From Candidatus Thalassarchaeum sp. (GTDB lineage Archaea > Thermoplasmatota > Poseidoniia > Poseidoniales > Thalassarchaeaceae), in assembly GCA_022449345.1 (NCBI GenBank), contig JAKURL010000002.1:36302-100301 (forward strand): a stretch of 64,000 nucleotides of DNA, written 5' to 3'. Under the pieces are notes generated by a model that was given only the letters and a program-made list of their open reading frames with translations, ran no database searches and was not told the origin of the DNA. The translations under genes and the position numbers were made by a program. Below are positions 28,627 to 42,000 of the stretch, in pieces. Positions within the stretch are counted from its first letter, which is position 1. Every line of letters starts with the position of its first letter.

Positions 28627-30261
28627 ATGTCTGAGCCGGACCGCATGGAGAGCACCTCGGGCTCGTCCACAACAGCCGTTTCGGCAACCCCTATGTCTTC
28701 TCATGGACTGAAACCTAGCGGCTCAGTGCATTGGAATCTAAGCTCCAGTGAATTGCACCAGCGGGCAGTAGAGCGTGGAGAAGCAGAAATGAGCGCCCAT
28801 GGTGTACTACTAGCCACAACCGGAGACCGCACTGGGCGCTCGCCAAATGACCGATTCATCGTCGATGAATCCGGATATGCTGACCATGTTTGGTGGGGTA
28901 AAGTGAATCTCCCAACAAGCCGCTGGGTCTTCGATAATCTTCTCAAGAAAGTGCAATCGCACCTCGATGCCGCAGACCAACTCTTCGTCAAAGACGCGCA
29001 TTGCGGTGCAGATCCAAATTACGCCATGCCAGTACGTCTAGTTACCGAGAAGGCTTGGCATGCTGCGTTCTTCCACAATATGTTCGTTCGTAGCGACCCA
29101 TCTGAATTACACGACCATGTTCCAGAATACACGATTCTTCACGCCCCCGACTTCCTAGCCGACCCAGAGTCTGATGGAGTAAACTCAGATGCATTCGTAA
29201 TCCTCGCTTTGGACAGAGGTTTGGTAATCATCGGTGGAACCCACTACGCAGGCGAGATAAAGAAGGCGATTTTCACTATCATGAATCACATTCTGCCTGA
29301 AAGAGGAATCATGCCAATGCATTGCTCTGCCAATACGGATGAAAAAGAATCGGCTCTTTTCTTTGGACTATCTGGGACCGGTAAGACTACTCTTTCAGCG
29401 GACCCTCACAGGGCTTTGGTCGGAGATGACGAACATGGATGGTCCGATGATGGTGTGTTCAATTTCGAAGGCGGATGTTATGCCAAACTAATCGGTTTGT
29501 CTCAGGAGGACGAACCGGAAATTTATGCTACAACTCGTATGCCTGGAACAATATTGGAGAATGTCATTCTCGATTCAAGTGGAGTTCCAGATTTCGATGA
29601 TGGAACTTTGACCCAAAACACCCGAGCTTCCTACCCTATTGAAGCGATAGAAAACAGGACTGAAGATTCCACAGCCGGTCATCCAAAGAATGTGGTTTTC
29701 CTTACCTGTGATGCCTTCGGTGTTCTACCTCCACTGTCCCGACTAACTCCTGACCAAGCCGCATACCACTTCATGTCAGGTTACACTGCGAAAGTTGCCG
29801 GAACTGAGGTCGGTGTTATCGAGCCTCAGGCAACATTCTCAACTTGTTTTGGAGCACCATTCATGCCTCGACATCCGAGCATTTACGCTGACTTGTTATC
29901 CAAGAAAATCAGCGAGCATAATGCCAATTGTTGGCTGATTAACACCGGCTGGGTTGCAGGCGGCTATGGCGAGTCCAACCGAATCAAAATCCGCTGGACT
30001 CGCGCCCTCCTAAACGCAGCACTGCACGGTGATTTAGAAAATGTAGTATTCGTCGAAGACGAACGCTTTGGCTTTGCAGTACCGACTGAGTGTGAAGGTG
30101 TTCCTAGCAATATTCTACAGCCTCGTGAAACTTGGTCAGACAAGAATAGATACGACAATGTTGCAAACCTTCTAGCACAGATGTTCACAGAAAATTTCCA
30201 GCAGTATGAAGATGGTTGTAGCGAGGAAGTTTTAGCATCCTCCCCCAAGGTTCTGTTTTGA
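28627..30261 (+). CDS. pckA: phosphoenolpyruvate carboxykinase (ATP)
   Basis: FFGLSGTGKTTLS kinase-1a motif; HYAGEIKK. Confidence 0.9.
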   Translation: MSEPDRMESTSGSSTTAVSATPMSSHGLKPSGSVHWNLSSSELHQRAVERGEAEMSAHGVLLATTGDRTGRSPNDRFIVDESGYADHVWWGKVNLPTSRWVFDNLLKKVQSHLDAADQLFVKDAHCGADPNYAMPVRLVTEKAWHAAFFHNMFVRSDPSELHDHVPEYTILHAPDFLADPESDGVNSDAFVILALDRGLVIIGGTHYAGEIKKAIFTIMNHILPERGIMPMHCSANTDEKESALFFGLSGTGKTTLSADPHRALVGDDEHGWSDDGVFNFEGGCYAKLIGLSQEDEPEIYATTRMPGTILENVILDSSGVPDFDDGTLTQNTRASYPIEAIENRTEDSTAGHPKNVVFLTCDAFGVLPPLSRLTPDQAAYHFMSGYTAKVAGTEVGVIEPQATFSTCFGAPFMPRHPSIYADLLSKKISEHNANCWLINTGWVAGGYGESNRIKIRWTRALLNAALHGDLENVVFVEDERFGFAVPTECEGVPSNILQPRETWSDKNRYDNVANLLAQMFTENFQQYEDGCSEEVLASSPKVLF

Positions 30262-30285
30262 TTCAAAGATAGGTGTCTAATCACA

Positions 30286-31215
30286 ATGACATCTGAACTC
30301 CACGTAGTAACCGGAGCCTTCGGTTATAGTGGCAGATGGATAGCTAAGCAACTTCTAGCTGAGGGTAAACAGGTTCGCACCCTTACCAATGCAGCTGCTC
30401 GTGATGACCCATTCGATGGAGCGGTTGAGGTCCATCCACTGAATTTCGATAATTACGATGCATTGGTAGAGTCTCTTCGAGGAGCGGACGTCCTCTACAA
30501 CACATATTGGGTTCGTTACAACGATAATGAGCGCAATTTTGGCCATGGAATCGCGGTTGAAAATTGCAAGAAACTGTTCGCCGCTGCTGCGGAGGCTGAG
30601 GTTAGAAGAATCGTGCATTTCAGCGTCGCAAAACCAGACCAAGCACCAGGTTGGACTTACTTTCAAGGTAAGGTGGAGACCGAGAGGTTACTCAGGGATT
30701 CGGATCAATCCTATGCCATAGTTCGCCCCACAGTATTATTTGGCGGAGGCAGAAATGTTCTGATCAACAACATCGCTTGGATACTGAGAAAATTTCCCGT
30801 ATTCGGAGTGTTTGGTTTTGGAAGATATCCAATTCAGCCGGTTCACATCCGTGATGTAGCAAGGGTAGCGATAGAACTCGGTACTAGTAACGAAAACATA
30901 ACTCGAGACATTGCAGGTCCGGAGAAATACTCCTACCGCGAATTTGTTTCCTTGATTGCAAAGAGTATGGGAGTCCGCCGTCTGATTATTCCAATTCCTC
31001 CTCTAATGGGTTGGCTAGCCGGACAAATGATGGGAATTTTCCTTCAAGATCGAGTAATCACAAGGGCAGAAATTCGCGGATTGATGAATGGCTTAGTTGC
31101 ATCTGATGAAGAGCCGATAGGAGAGATTGCATTCAGTGAATGGATTGCAGAAAACGGTTCAGAATTGGGTAGGGAATATCAGAACGACTTGCAAGAAAGA
31201 AGGTACAACAAATAG
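30286..31215 (+). CDS. NAD(P)-binding Rossmann-fold protein, NmrA/NDUFA9-like atypical SDR (epimerase/dehydratase family)
   Basis: N-terminal VVTGAFGYSGRWIA glycine motif; about 300 aa. Confidence 0.7.
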   Translation: MTSELHVVTGAFGYSGRWIAKQLLAEGKQVRTLTNAAARDDPFDGAVEVHPLNFDNYDALVESLRGADVLYNTYWVRYNDNERNFGHGIAVENCKKLFAAAAEAEVRRIVHFSVAKPDQAPGWTYFQGKVETERLLRDSDQSYAIVRPTVLFGGGRNVLINNIAWILRKFPVFGVFGFGRYPIQPVHIRDVARVAIELGTSNENITRDIAGPEKYSYREFVSLIAKSMGVRRLIIPIPPLMGWLAGQMMGIFLQDRVITRAEIRGLMNGLVASDEEPIGEIAFSEWIAENGSELGREYQNDLQERRYNK

Positions 31216-31281
31216 AGTATATTGACTAGAGTGGAAATCATCCCAAAATCGTAATATATTCATCATAAAATAACTCCGTTT

Positions 31282-31605
31282 ATGCCCAAATACATGTTTT
31301 CGGGGAGCTATACTACTGAAGGCGTGGCTGGACTGCTAAAGGAAGGTGGAACAGCCCGTAGAGACGAGGCCGTGAGGATTGCAGAATTACTCGGTGGAAC
31401 TCTAGAAGCGTACTACTGGTGCTATGGAGATACAGACTTCATGTGCATCATGGATGTACCAGACAGTGCTAAAATCGCTAAACTATCGCTCTCTATCGGA
31501 GCATCAGGTACCTTCAATGGAAAGCTGACTCCACTAATCACAGTAGAAGAGATGGACGACATCTGCGACGCAGATATCGGAGATTTCAGACTACCTGGTC
31601 AATGA
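31282..31605 (+). CDS. GYD-domain protein
   Basis: About 100 aa with the GYD-family pattern (...YWCYGDTDFMCIMDVPD...). Confidence 0.7.
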   Translation: MPKYMFSGSYTTEGVAGLLKEGGTARRDEAVRIAELLGGTLEAYYWCYGDTDFMCIMDVPDSAKIAKLSLSIGASGTFNGKLTPLITVEEMDDICDADIGDFRLPGQ

Positions 31606-31638
31606 ATCAACATAGGTTTCAAGATTGACACTCATCCC

Positions 31639-33204
31639 TTGAATGGCATGAGCCGGCGAGTCCTAACCGGTTTCTTTCTTGTCTGCCTGATGTTTCTATC
31701 GACCTCGCTTCCGATTAGTCTAGCAGAAGTTGAGGAGCCAAACCCTACTTGGGTCGATTGCTGGGCGAGCAGTGAAGACCAGATTACAGAAGAAATGTAC
31801 GAATTCTGTAATGAACATCATTCTACAGCCCCCGATAACAGACTTTATGGCATCCGTTGGGTGTTCCTTAATGTATCACAGGATGAGATTCCTAGTGACT
31901 GGGTAGATATCCAACTCAACAATCTAAATGCCGTCTTTTCAAAGTGGAATTTTCGCTTCCAAACCAGTGAACAGATAGTCATTGAAGATGCCGTTGCAGA
32001 ATCCAATGATTATCATCAAAAGTGGCCATTGCGCCAAATTTTACCCGATCTTCGCGCCCAACTTGGTCTATCCGATGAAGAGGACCAAGCGCTAATTGAC
32101 CTCAAGGCGCAGTTGGCGGAAAGGCACGTATCTCAAGAGTCTCTAGATGATTTAACACTCGATGAAGAATTCAACACCGCCGCCGCATTCCGCCTCGCCT
32201 CAAGGGCACGTTCAGAGGACATCACAGTGGTCATTAGACCAAATTTAGACGTAGGAGGAAAGAGCGGAGGTCCCAATGATGAATTCCAATCAATCAATGG
32301 CGGTGCAGTCGAGTTAAGCACAAGTTTGTTTAGCAGTGGTACACTAACCACATTACCGCACGAAATGGGCCACTATTTTGGCCTCAGTCATACTCATGTC
32401 TTAGGCTTCAATACTCCTGAAGCCGAGTTCGATTTCAACAACTTGTGGAGCCGGATGGAGTTCGGTGGAGATGCCCTCCGTCGTGCAGTTGGAGACGATT
32501 ACTCTCAGCCATTCGGAGAACAATGGATTCCATACTCTGCAAGCGATCAGGAATTAGAGGAATTCAATCAGTTGATCCCAGAGTCATTGGTATGGCCAGT
32601 GTGGAGATTGACCTATCACGGCGATCATCAGGATTTTGATAACCTTGCAGAATTCATCGCCGCTGGCGAAGCAGGAGATACGATTTATCGCAAGAACTTC
32701 CAACGCAATTATGTCTTAGACGATAAAGCACCTGAATGGTGGGGTAACAACTGCATCTGGAATGATCTGGAACAACAAGGTGAATGCCGTTACCACGAAC
32801 CGATGCAAGTGTTTGACTATAATGATTCAACAATACAAGATGTCATGTTTTTCGAGAATGGAACTGCTTCCAATTTGATGAGTTACATTACTCCCGATTA
32901 TGACAATGTATCATCTCGTAACGGCTTGTCCAGCGAACAGATAGACAAAATGAGATTTGGAGCCAACACACCTACTCGTCTGCTTCTACGAAACCATTGC
33001 TTGGGAACTTCACTATGTGATGGATGGCCAGAACAAATCGACCCTTCAGAAGACGAGGAAATTGTCGAGGAACCAGCCAATGAATCAACTCCCGTAATCG
33101 AATTAGTCGCAGCAATAATTGCTATTCTCCTAATTATTCCAGGTTGGGCAGTTGCACTCCTTGCAATATTCGCATATTTCTGGAGAAAATCTAGGAATAA
33201 ATAG
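31639..33204 (+). CDS. secreted, C-terminally membrane-anchored metzincin zinc metalloprotease (M43/pappalysin-like)
   Basis: Signal peptide; HEMGHYFGLSHTH (HExxHxxGxxH); C-terminal TM followed by a basic tail. Confidence 0.7.
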   Translation: MNGMSRRVLTGFFLVCLMFLSTSLPISLAEVEEPNPTWVDCWASSEDQITEEMYEFCNEHHSTAPDNRLYGIRWVFLNVSQDEIPSDWVDIQLNNLNAVFSKWNFRFQTSEQIVIEDAVAESNDYHQKWPLRQILPDLRAQLGLSDEEDQALIDLKAQLAERHVSQESLDDLTLDEEFNTAAAFRLASRARSEDITVVIRPNLDVGGKSGGPNDEFQSINGGAVELSTSLFSSGTLTTLPHEMGHYFGLSHTHVLGFNTPEAEFDFNNLWSRMEFGGDALRRAVGDDYSQPFGEQWIPYSASDQELEEFNQLIPESLVWPVWRLTYHGDHQDFDNLAEFIAAGEAGDTIYRKNFQRNYVLDDKAPEWWGNNCIWNDLEQQGECRYHEPMQVFDYNDSTIQDVMFFENGTASNLMSYITPDYDNVSSRNGLSSEQIDKMRFGANTPTRLLLRNHCLGTSLCDGWPEQIDPSEDEEIVEEPANESTPVIELVAAIIAILLIIPGWAVALLAIFAYFWRKSRNK

Positions 33205-33254
33205 TTAGAACCGCCCTGCAGAGTTCAAATACCCTCGAAGAGTTTTATGTTCTT

Positions 33255-33548
33255 ATGAGAGTTTTCGAAACGGTGGAAATTGTTGCCGCCTCATTGCCAT
33301 TTATTGCGTTGGGCCTCTCGGGGGACTTGTATTCCACCTTCAAGGTGGCCAAATGGGCCTACCAAGGGGTGGATCAAGTCATTCAAAATTCGGATGGCAC
33401 CAGGACATACAAGTGTGGTTTCTGTGGTGAAGAAGGGCACAACAGACGTACGTGTGATGAAAATGTGTCTTGTGATGGCTGTGGTAACAAAGAGCCAGAT
33501 GAAGTTTGGGAAAAAGACGGCAACACTGTGTGCAATGACTGCATCTGA
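33255..33548 (+). CDS. small Cys-rich protein with a CCHC zinc-knuckle-like motif
   Basis: CGFCGEEGHNRRTC matches CX2CX4HX4C, plus a CDGC...CNDC ribbon; sits in the gap before the maeB stop. Confidence 0.35.
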   Translation: MRVFETVEIVAASLPFIALGLSGDLYSTFKVAKWAYQGVDQVIQNSDGTRTYKCGFCGEEGHNRRTCDENVSCDGCGNKEPDEVWEKDGNTVCNDCI

Positions 33549-33558
33549 GTTGATTAAC

Positions 33559-35868
33559 TCACAAACGCTGTCTAGCGTGTCTTTGTGCATCAACTGCCGT
33601 GATTGCTGCCATATGCACAACTTGTCTAACCGAGTCTCCGCGCTGTAGAACGTGGGCTGGCTTTGCTAGTCCTTCCAAAATCGGTCCAGTCATTTCTGCT
33701 CCTGCAATCCTTTGTAGTAACTTGTAGGCGATATTCGCGGATGCAAGGTTAGGGCAGACCAGTACATTTGCCGGTCCTTCGAATTCCATGAATGGGAACT
33801 CCTTCTGTCGGTCAGGCACCAGTGCGGTATCCGCCTGCATTGGTCCGTCGATAACTAGACCTCGATCCATCTCCCGTGCCATTGTGATTGCTTCCTCAAT
33901 TCTGTCTGTTCGGAGTTCATTTGAGGTTCCGAAGTTGGAGAATGAAAGCATAGCGACCTTTGGAGTAACTCCGAATCTGCGAGCAACCCTAGCGGTTTGC
34001 AGTGCGATTTCTGCAAGTGTTCTTGCATCTGGATAAATATTGATTGTTGCATCAGCGATAAACATCAGTTGACCGTTTACTGTCATCATGTACAGACCTA
34101 CAATTCGGTGAGCGGATGGGTCAGGACCAATTGTCTGAAGACATGGTTTGACGATGTCCGGATAGTGATGTGCGATTCCACCGAGATATCCGTCAGCATC
34201 GCCACAATGAACCATCATTGGACCGAAGTAATTTGGAGACTTTAGTAGGCTAATCGCATCTCTGCGAGTCAATCCCTTGCGTCCACGCAGTTTGTGTAAT
34301 TCGTCAGCGTAGTCGCCGCGCCTGCGCGGGTCGTATCTTACATCGATGACTTCGCAATCGAATGAAAGACCCAATTCTTCCTTGACTGCTTCAATTCGCT
34401 CAGGGTGTCCGAGAAGGATTGGATCACAGATTCCTTCAACCATGCATTGGGCTGCAGCCTTGATGATGGTCGGCTCTTCACCTTCAGAGAAGACAACCTT
34501 CTTCCTGTCCTTCTTTGCTATGTTAATCACATGACGCATTATCGAGCGGGTTAGTCCAAGTCTCGCTTCTAGATTTTCTCGGTACTTGTCAACATCGAAA
34601 TCCTTTGCACTAATTCGTGCCATTCCCTCATCGACAGCCGCTTGTGCAACCGCGCTGGCTTCCCAAATCAATACACGCGCATCGAATGGCTTTGGAATCA
34701 GGTATTCCGGTCCGAACTGCATCTGTTCGCCACCGTATGCGGCTGCGACATCGTCGGGCACAGGCTCTTTTGCCAAAGTTGCAAGTGCCTTTGTTGCGGC
34801 CATCTTCATTCCTTCAGTGATTTCTTTAGCACGAACGTCTAGAGCTCCACGGAAGATGTATGGAAATCCGAGAACGTTGTTAATCTGGTTTGGATAATCC
34901 GAGCGACCAGTTGCGATGATAGCATCGTCTCGGACCGCTTGGACCTCGGTCGGAAGAATCTCAGGGTCTGGATTTGCAAGAGCGAAAATCATCGGTCTTT
35001 CGGCCATAGATTTGACCATATCACCAGAGACCAATCCTCCTTTTGAGAGGCCGAGGAACACATCGGCATCGATCATGGCCTCTACCAATCCGCCTTCATC
35101 GACATCCCTAGCAAAAGTGAGTTTGTATGGATTCAATTCACCGGCGTCAGCGCGCGATTTGGTGAGGATTCCCTTACTATCACACATCAGTAGATTATCC
35201 GCGCTGACCCCGAGACGGAGATAGTGTTCTGCACAAGAGATTGCACTTGCACCCGCGCCGGAAATTACCACCTTAATTTCGGAAATCTCCTTTTCGACTA
35301 CTTCCAATCCATTTAGTAGAGCAGCACCGGAAATTATCGCAGTACCGTGCTGGTCGTCATGCATTACAGGAATATCTAGTTCGGCGACGAGCCTGCGCTC
35401 AATCTCGAAGCATTCTGGAGCCTTGATGTCCTCAAGGTTGATCCCTCCGAAAGTAGGGGCAATCGCCTTTACCGCTTCGACGAATTCGTCGACATCTGTT
35501 CTGTCAACCTCAATATCGAACACGTCAATGTCTGCGAATGCCTTGAACAAAAGCCCCTTTCCTTCCATTACCGGTTTTCCAGCAAGAGCCCCAATGTCCC
35601 CTAATCCTAGAACTGCGGTACCGTTGCTGACTACTGCTACCAAGTTGCCCTTTGAGGTGTACTTGTAGGCATCATCAGGGTTCTCAGCAATTTCCTCACA
35701 AGGATATGCTACACCAGGTGAATAAGCCAATGATAACTCACGAGCTGTGCCATGTGGTTTTGTTGGCACAATACGAATCTTTCCCGCTGGCTCAGCAGCG
35801 TGGTATTCGAGCGCCTCCTCGCGCAGTCGGTCTTCATCCATGCCGATACCTCGAGAATCGTCGGCCAT
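33559..35868 (-). CDS. maeB: NADP-dependent malic enzyme with a C-terminal phosphotransacetylase-like domain (MaeB type)
   Basis: Malic enzyme NAD-binding and catalytic motifs plus a PTA-like C-terminal half; 769 aa. Confidence 0.9.
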   Translation of the reverse strand: MADDSRGIGMDEDRLREEALEYHAAEPAGKIRIVPTKPHGTARELSLAYSPGVAYPCEEIAENPDDAYKYTSKGNLVAVVSNGTAVLGLGDIGALAGKPVMEGKGLLFKAFADIDVFDIEVDRTDVDEFVEAVKAIAPTFGGINLEDIKAPECFEIERRLVAELDIPVMHDDQHGTAIISGAALLNGLEVVEKEISEIKVVISGAGASAISCAEHYLRLGVSADNLLMCDSKGILTKSRADAGELNPYKLTFARDVDEGGLVEAMIDADVFLGLSKGGLVSGDMVKSMAERPMIFALANPDPEILPTEVQAVRDDAIIATGRSDYPNQINNVLGFPYIFRGALDVRAKEITEGMKMAATKALATLAKEPVPDDVAAAYGGEQMQFGPEYLIPKPFDARVLIWEASAVAQAAVDEGMARISAKDFDVDKYRENLEARLGLTRSIMRHVINIAKKDRKKVVFSEGEEPTIIKAAAQCMVEGICDPILLGHPERIEAVKEELGLSFDCEVIDVRYDPRRRGDYADELHKLRGRKGLTRRDAISLLKSPNYFGPMMVHCGDADGYLGGIAHHYPDIVKPCLQTIGPDPSAHRIVGLYMMTVNGQLMFIADATINIYPDARTLAEIALQTARVARRFGVTPKVAMLSFSNFGTSNELRTDRIEEAITMAREMDRGLVIDGPMQADTALVPDRQKEFPFMEFEGPANVLVCPNLASANIAYKLLQRIAGAEMTGPILEGLAKPAHVLQRGDSVRQVVHMAAITAVDAQRHARQRL

Positions 35869-36029
35869 ACACCCCCCTTTGATGCTATCCTACAGAATTT
35901 GAGTTATTTATCGGCCCACTGAAATGCGTTTTTGATTGACTAAACTCCCTCCTATAGAGGGAGAGTCATGACCAACTCAACAACCCACTCCTTTCTTAAT
36001 GGGTAAAAGTAGGCCGATGGTTCGTAGCC

Positions 36030-39000
36030 ATGTCTATACCTCCTCAACTGCCGAGCAAGCGCAGGTATGCCTTGCTTCTTGCTGCATTGATGATTTTGTT
36101 GCCTTGGTCGGCATATTCTAGTGTAAATGAGTTAGATTCTGAGTTAGAAACTCGCGAGGTTTCGCAGGCGGCATGGGGTGCTTCCGGAAGCAACGACACC
36201 GGATGGATAGATTTGATCGCGACCGGAGCAGACCCTGTTAACGGAAGTTATGCGTACAGTGACCTATTCCTACCGTTTGCTCCGGGCGCTGAAATTTCCA
36301 ATTTAACCTTCGAGATAGCCGTCAACGGCTCGGCTGGTTATTGGGCTAACGAGCCACAACTGACTCTAATGGATACACAAACTCCAATCCTTGATTGGAG
36401 AGGTTATGGTGACCTTGGTCGGCAGGATGAGATGGAGAATAATCCGCCGACCGTACTCAATGGTACACTTAGCACTCATTTGAGACCCAACTCAATCTCA
36501 GATGCTTCTTGGGAACTGCCGGCCGGAGTGACACTCACAGATATGGTAATCGAGGCATTAAGGCCTGCCGATCCAAAGATATCCTACTCAGCAGTAGACA
36601 TAGAGATTCACGACACAGCGGTAAATCCAGTAGATGGCCGATTGTATCTATTGCTAGACGATGATCTTCTTCATCTAGACGCAAGGGCTCACAAGCAAAT
36701 TGTCGATATCGAAACAGGAATCATGGGAAGATCTCTAGCAATCGACGATGATTCTGGAATACTATTGATTGGAACAGAAGATGGCTCAGTGCTTTCACGC
36801 AGTTTGTCGAATTCTGCAATTCTGCCAGACCTGCGTACTAGTGATGGTTCTCAAAACGCCGGAATCTATGCCATAACAGTAGATGATCATGGAACAATTT
36901 GGGCGGCAGGAAATTGTACCATTTACTACAAGCCGATGGGGAATGTCGACTGGAGTGATTACGATTATTGCCAGTCGTTTAACATAGAGACTCCATCTGA
37001 CATTCTCATTATTGGCGATAGTGTCTACCTTGCAACCACTAGTTCTGGAGTACACATCATCAACTACATCACCGCTTCTTCTTCAGGCAGTGTTTCAGTC
37101 TCAATAGACTCTCAAATAGATTGGAGTACTCAGAATTTCCTTTCCTCAAACCTGATTACAGACCTCGAGATAGTTGGTAATAATCTTCTAATCGCGACCT
37201 ATGACACTGGAATCAATCGTAGAGACCTTACCTCACAATCTTGGATAGCCACTTGGTCAACAAATAACTGGTTGGCATCCAATCAGATTCACGGCTTGTC
37301 GCTTACCCCCGGCTGGCTTCATATCCTTGCTGGTACGACCATTCACGCCTATGATACCAATTCACTAATCTTCCAATCACAAAATCAACTTACTTCCCTC
37401 GGTTTGTATGGAAATGGTGCTATGGCCATTCCATGGCCTTCACATTCGGTTAGAGGCCCAATCACCTCCACAGCTCTGTTTAGCGATGGTTCTGGCACTT
37501 TGGGAATGCAGATTGGTGAGAACCCAGCAGGCGCTCTTACTCTTGTCAGTAGCCCATCTGTCGAAGGCATGGCGGTAGTCTCACGCATCAATGATGGTGC
37601 GTCGGGTGAGATTTGGGTTGCTGGGGGTAAAATAATCGATCGATTTGACGAATCAGATCGGGCTTGGGAGATTCCAATCGACATTAGTGACTACGTCAAC
37701 AATCCAGGTCAGATCGTTGCGATTGAACAGGATGGCAACGAGAAGGTTTGGATTGGAACGACTAATGCCGGAGTTCTGAGGCTAGAAAATACCGATGGAA
37801 CCTACATCGGAACTGTTTCAGGACTAAGTTCAACTCATGTTACTTCCTTATCTTACGACGATATCAACGGTTACTTGGTAGTAGGGCATAGCCAATCTGG
37901 AATTTCCATAATCGATACCAACCAGATGACATTAGTAGATACGATAACCACTTCCGATGGTTTAGATTCTGACTTCATAAATTCAGTTACAACTCGTTTT
38001 GGAATCGCCTACATCGCTACTCCGGATAAGGGAGTAATGCGTATCGAATTATCGACTTCGACAATCATCGGCTCGTGGCAATCACTCGGTGCCGATAATT
38101 TGGATGCAACACCGGTTGCAGTCGATGGTGACGTTGTTTACATCGGACTCTATGAGTTCGGTATTCTAGTCGTCGATAGACTAACTGGAGATATCTCAGA
38201 CCATTGGACACAGGATACCAACACTCTACCTGACGACGACGTTCTATCATTGGAAATGGACGATTTCGGTGGTCTATTAGTCGGCTCAGAGGGCTCCTTC
38301 TCCCGTTACGATGGCAGTACTTGGACCACTATGACAAGCAGTGGCCAATGGTGGAATCAACCTAGTGTATTCTACGATGTCACCAGCGACGGAGATGGGC
38401 TGTACGCTGGAACTAACAGAGGTGCTTGCAAGTGGGATTGGCAGTATCAATTCCAAGATTGTGTAAGCTCTGGTGATGGCCTCGAGAGTCGTTTCGTGTA
38501 TACCATAGAGATGCTAGCACCAAACCGTGCTTACACGGGTGGAAACTCCGGAGCTGGTATCGTCAATATGGATAATTTCTCAGTAATTGAGACTTGGACC
38601 GCCGGCGACAACACACAGCGCTCGCGTACGGTCAAGGTTGACGATATTCTCTACCTTGGATTCGAGAACACCGGCATAGCCCGATATGATTTGACAAATA
38701 ATCAGTGGTTGACTACTTGGGACGGAGATCAAGGATACATCAACGACGATGATGTAACCGCCTTAGTTCCAGGGGAAACATACGGAACAATTTGGGCAGG
38801 CGGAGATTTTGGTCTGACATTAATCGATGTCGTGAATGACGTAGTATTGATTGCTTGGGATAGAGGTTCGAATACCAACGGCCCTACACTTTCTAATTCA
38901 ATTCCTGCAGATATAGAAATCTACGGAGATGTATTGCATTACTCCACACAACGCTCAACCGGTTGGTGGGGCGGTGGCTCTGACAGCATCTATCGCATCA

Positions 39001-42000
39001 ATCTGACAACAAATTCTAGCATGACCACGCTTGAGGTTAACGATCAAACAGGTTGGACTGGAGTGGTGAACGGAATTGGAGTTGTAAACGACCAATTGTG
39101 GATTGGCATTAGACCTTCTCAGACTTGGAACGATGGAGATGGAACAATTGCTCGCTGGAATATGACCAACGAATCTTGGGAGGAAGATCTGGCAACAATC
39201 GGAAATGTTCTACGCGTTAATGCTCGATTCCTAGGTGATTGTTTCCCATTGAACACAAGTTCTTGTGAACTTTGGGTGGCGTATGGGAATTACATTCTAA
39301 GACGATTCAATGCAGATACAATGATGCTTCTAGATGAGTGGGTCGACGTTGACGGTCCAATTCGAGGAATGACCGAATTCGAAGGAGAATACCTATTCGC
39401 TAGCATGAATGGTATTCTTCGATGGAATCCAGTAAACGAAACTTGGCTAGATTCTTGGACTCCTGGAGACGGCTTACCATCGAGTTCTGAGGAAGAGTTC
39501 TACTCGATGGCGGTTATCGAAAACGATCTTTGGTTGGGTACAATGGAGTCCAGTGGCTGGAACTCAAACGCTCAGGTACTGAGAAAGAACGGAACAGACG
39601 GGAATTGGACATCTTGGGATTTAGGAACAGGAGACATCCCTGACGGATATCCAGCCGACATCAAGTTGTGTGATGATATTGTCCACATTGCTATCGGCGC
39701 TCGATTTTTCTGGGGCAATCAAGGTGGTGTTGCCCGTTATGACTTCGCAGACCATGATTCAGATTCCTTGACCAATGAATGGATTAGTGCGATGACTTCT
39801 GGTAGCTCGGGTTTATCCAATAATGATCCAAGGGCCGTGGCTTGCGATGAGAGCAACGACATTTTGTACATTGCATACGATACTGAGGGTGTAGGCATCG
39901 ATCGCTATAACTACAATACGGACACATACCTTTCCACCCTTACTTCAGTCGATGGAATCAGCGAGGACAGAATATTCCCTGGTGGATTGTTACATGACAA
40001 CAACGTCCTCTTGGCCGCTCACCAATTCGATAACCATGGAGGAATTTCTCGTTTGATTACTTCCGGAACAGCAACCGCAAATGGCCAAATCCTAGACCCC
40101 GGAATGGACGGCTGTTCTATCGAAAGAGCTCCTTCGTCTACAGGTCAAGTAGCCTACGCTGTGGGGCGCTCAGGTCAGACAACAGGACTGAACAGAGTCG
40201 ATAGGCTAGACAGTTCAGGATTAATCGCAAGTGGCTATGATGAACTCACTGGACTAACCAGTGGCCGCGTGATGGAAATAATCTCCAATGACACACATGT
40301 ATGGGTTACCTCATCCTTGGACTCTAACTCCTACTACGGGTCCTCGATTCTTCAGGGAGAAATTCTCTCGAATGGCTCTGTTAGATGGGAATTTGGTTAC
40401 AATTTCCGAGAGGATATAGTCAATGAAATGATGTTGGATGGTGAGACTCTATGGGTCACCACGGCAGGCCGAGGCCTGAAGGCAATTGACTTGAAACAGC
40501 GCCGTGTAACCTCCACTCCGCCGGCACTACACGCACAGATGGATGGAATGGTGTTGGAGAACGGTACGATGTATGTTGGACTAATGGGTAATCAAGGTTC
40601 AGCGGCCGGATTCCAGATGTTCAATACCCAAAATGCTCAGTGGGGTCATGGCAGTCTAATCGCCGGATTACCGAGCAACCTTGTGCGAGATTTCATCATT
40701 TACGGTGACCACATCATGATCGCTACCCATGGTGGAATTGGAATGTACAATACCACCCGTGACGATTGGGATAATCCGATAACCACAATCGATGGATTAC
40801 CTTCACCGATAATCACCCATTTACACGCCCTCAACACAACCATCCAGGGCGGTGGAAAGGTTCTGGCTGGCGGTGCAGCAGGTATGACGGTCCTGCATCA
40901 ACACAACCTTTCGGTCCTCAACACATTAGGATTCAATGATGGACTGATGGGTAATACCGTGAGTGGAATAGTAGAGGCAGGACCGAGTTCCCGCGTCGTT
41001 CAAAACGCCGATGGAACGAACACCACTCTTTACCACGACGCGTCGATATTCATCTCACACAATGGACAAGGGCCAACTCGACCCGGTGTAGCGGCCTGGG
41101 ATTTGGCCACCGATATGGCAAATGGTACTTACAATATCGACATGGTTCCAAGTAATGACATTAGGGCGATTGTTGCTGATGACTGGGGAGTTCACATCGC
41201 TACCGACGTCGCTCCTTTGGTACATTGGAACGGTAGCATGATGCAGATGGAAACTGGAGTTAGTACCAGTTCCTTACTTTCTTGGCCTCCATACGAGATG
41301 CACAGTGACGGCCAGCACATCGTGGTGATGAGTCCTCGTGGTCTCGACGTTGTAGATGTAGACGGAAGACACAATGTGGTGACTAGCCGAGTGATTACTG
41401 GTCTGCAAGGTGGATATGTCGACTTCAGCGGTTTCTATGCTGTTGGGAATGACGGTCTTCATGTCTACAAACCAGTAATTAGTCTGCAAGAGAATTCACG
41501 TGAGCATCAACGCCGTGCAGATCCGCTAACAGTATTGTATAGTGGCCGAAATTGGGATATTACCAATACAACTCATCCAGGAATGTCAACGGTTTTGGTA
41601 ACTCCTGATAATCCGATTGAGATTCCTGAGACCTCTAATGTTGCTGCCCCTGGTAAACTTCCGATGCACGTCGGAACAATGACGATGATGGCACCTCAAC
41701 GAGGTGCCTGGGTGTGGGCTCAGTCTACGTCGTTGAATTATACTGGAAGTTGGGATTTGGCTACCTCTAATGGAGGAATTCAACAGGCCTTCCAGTCAGC
41801 CATTTCTGCAGTAGGGCCTGGTACCTCTTCTGCAATTCTTCATGTCCAAATGCAGTCACCTCAGGATGGAGCCATTCAGGTTAGGTTGACTTATGATTGG
41901 GAGCGAATCGAGGCTCCAACTGTCATTACCAAACTTGAGGATAGACCCAATGATGGTGGAGGCGTAATCGAAGCCTCTTGGCTACCTGCAGAGGATGCTG

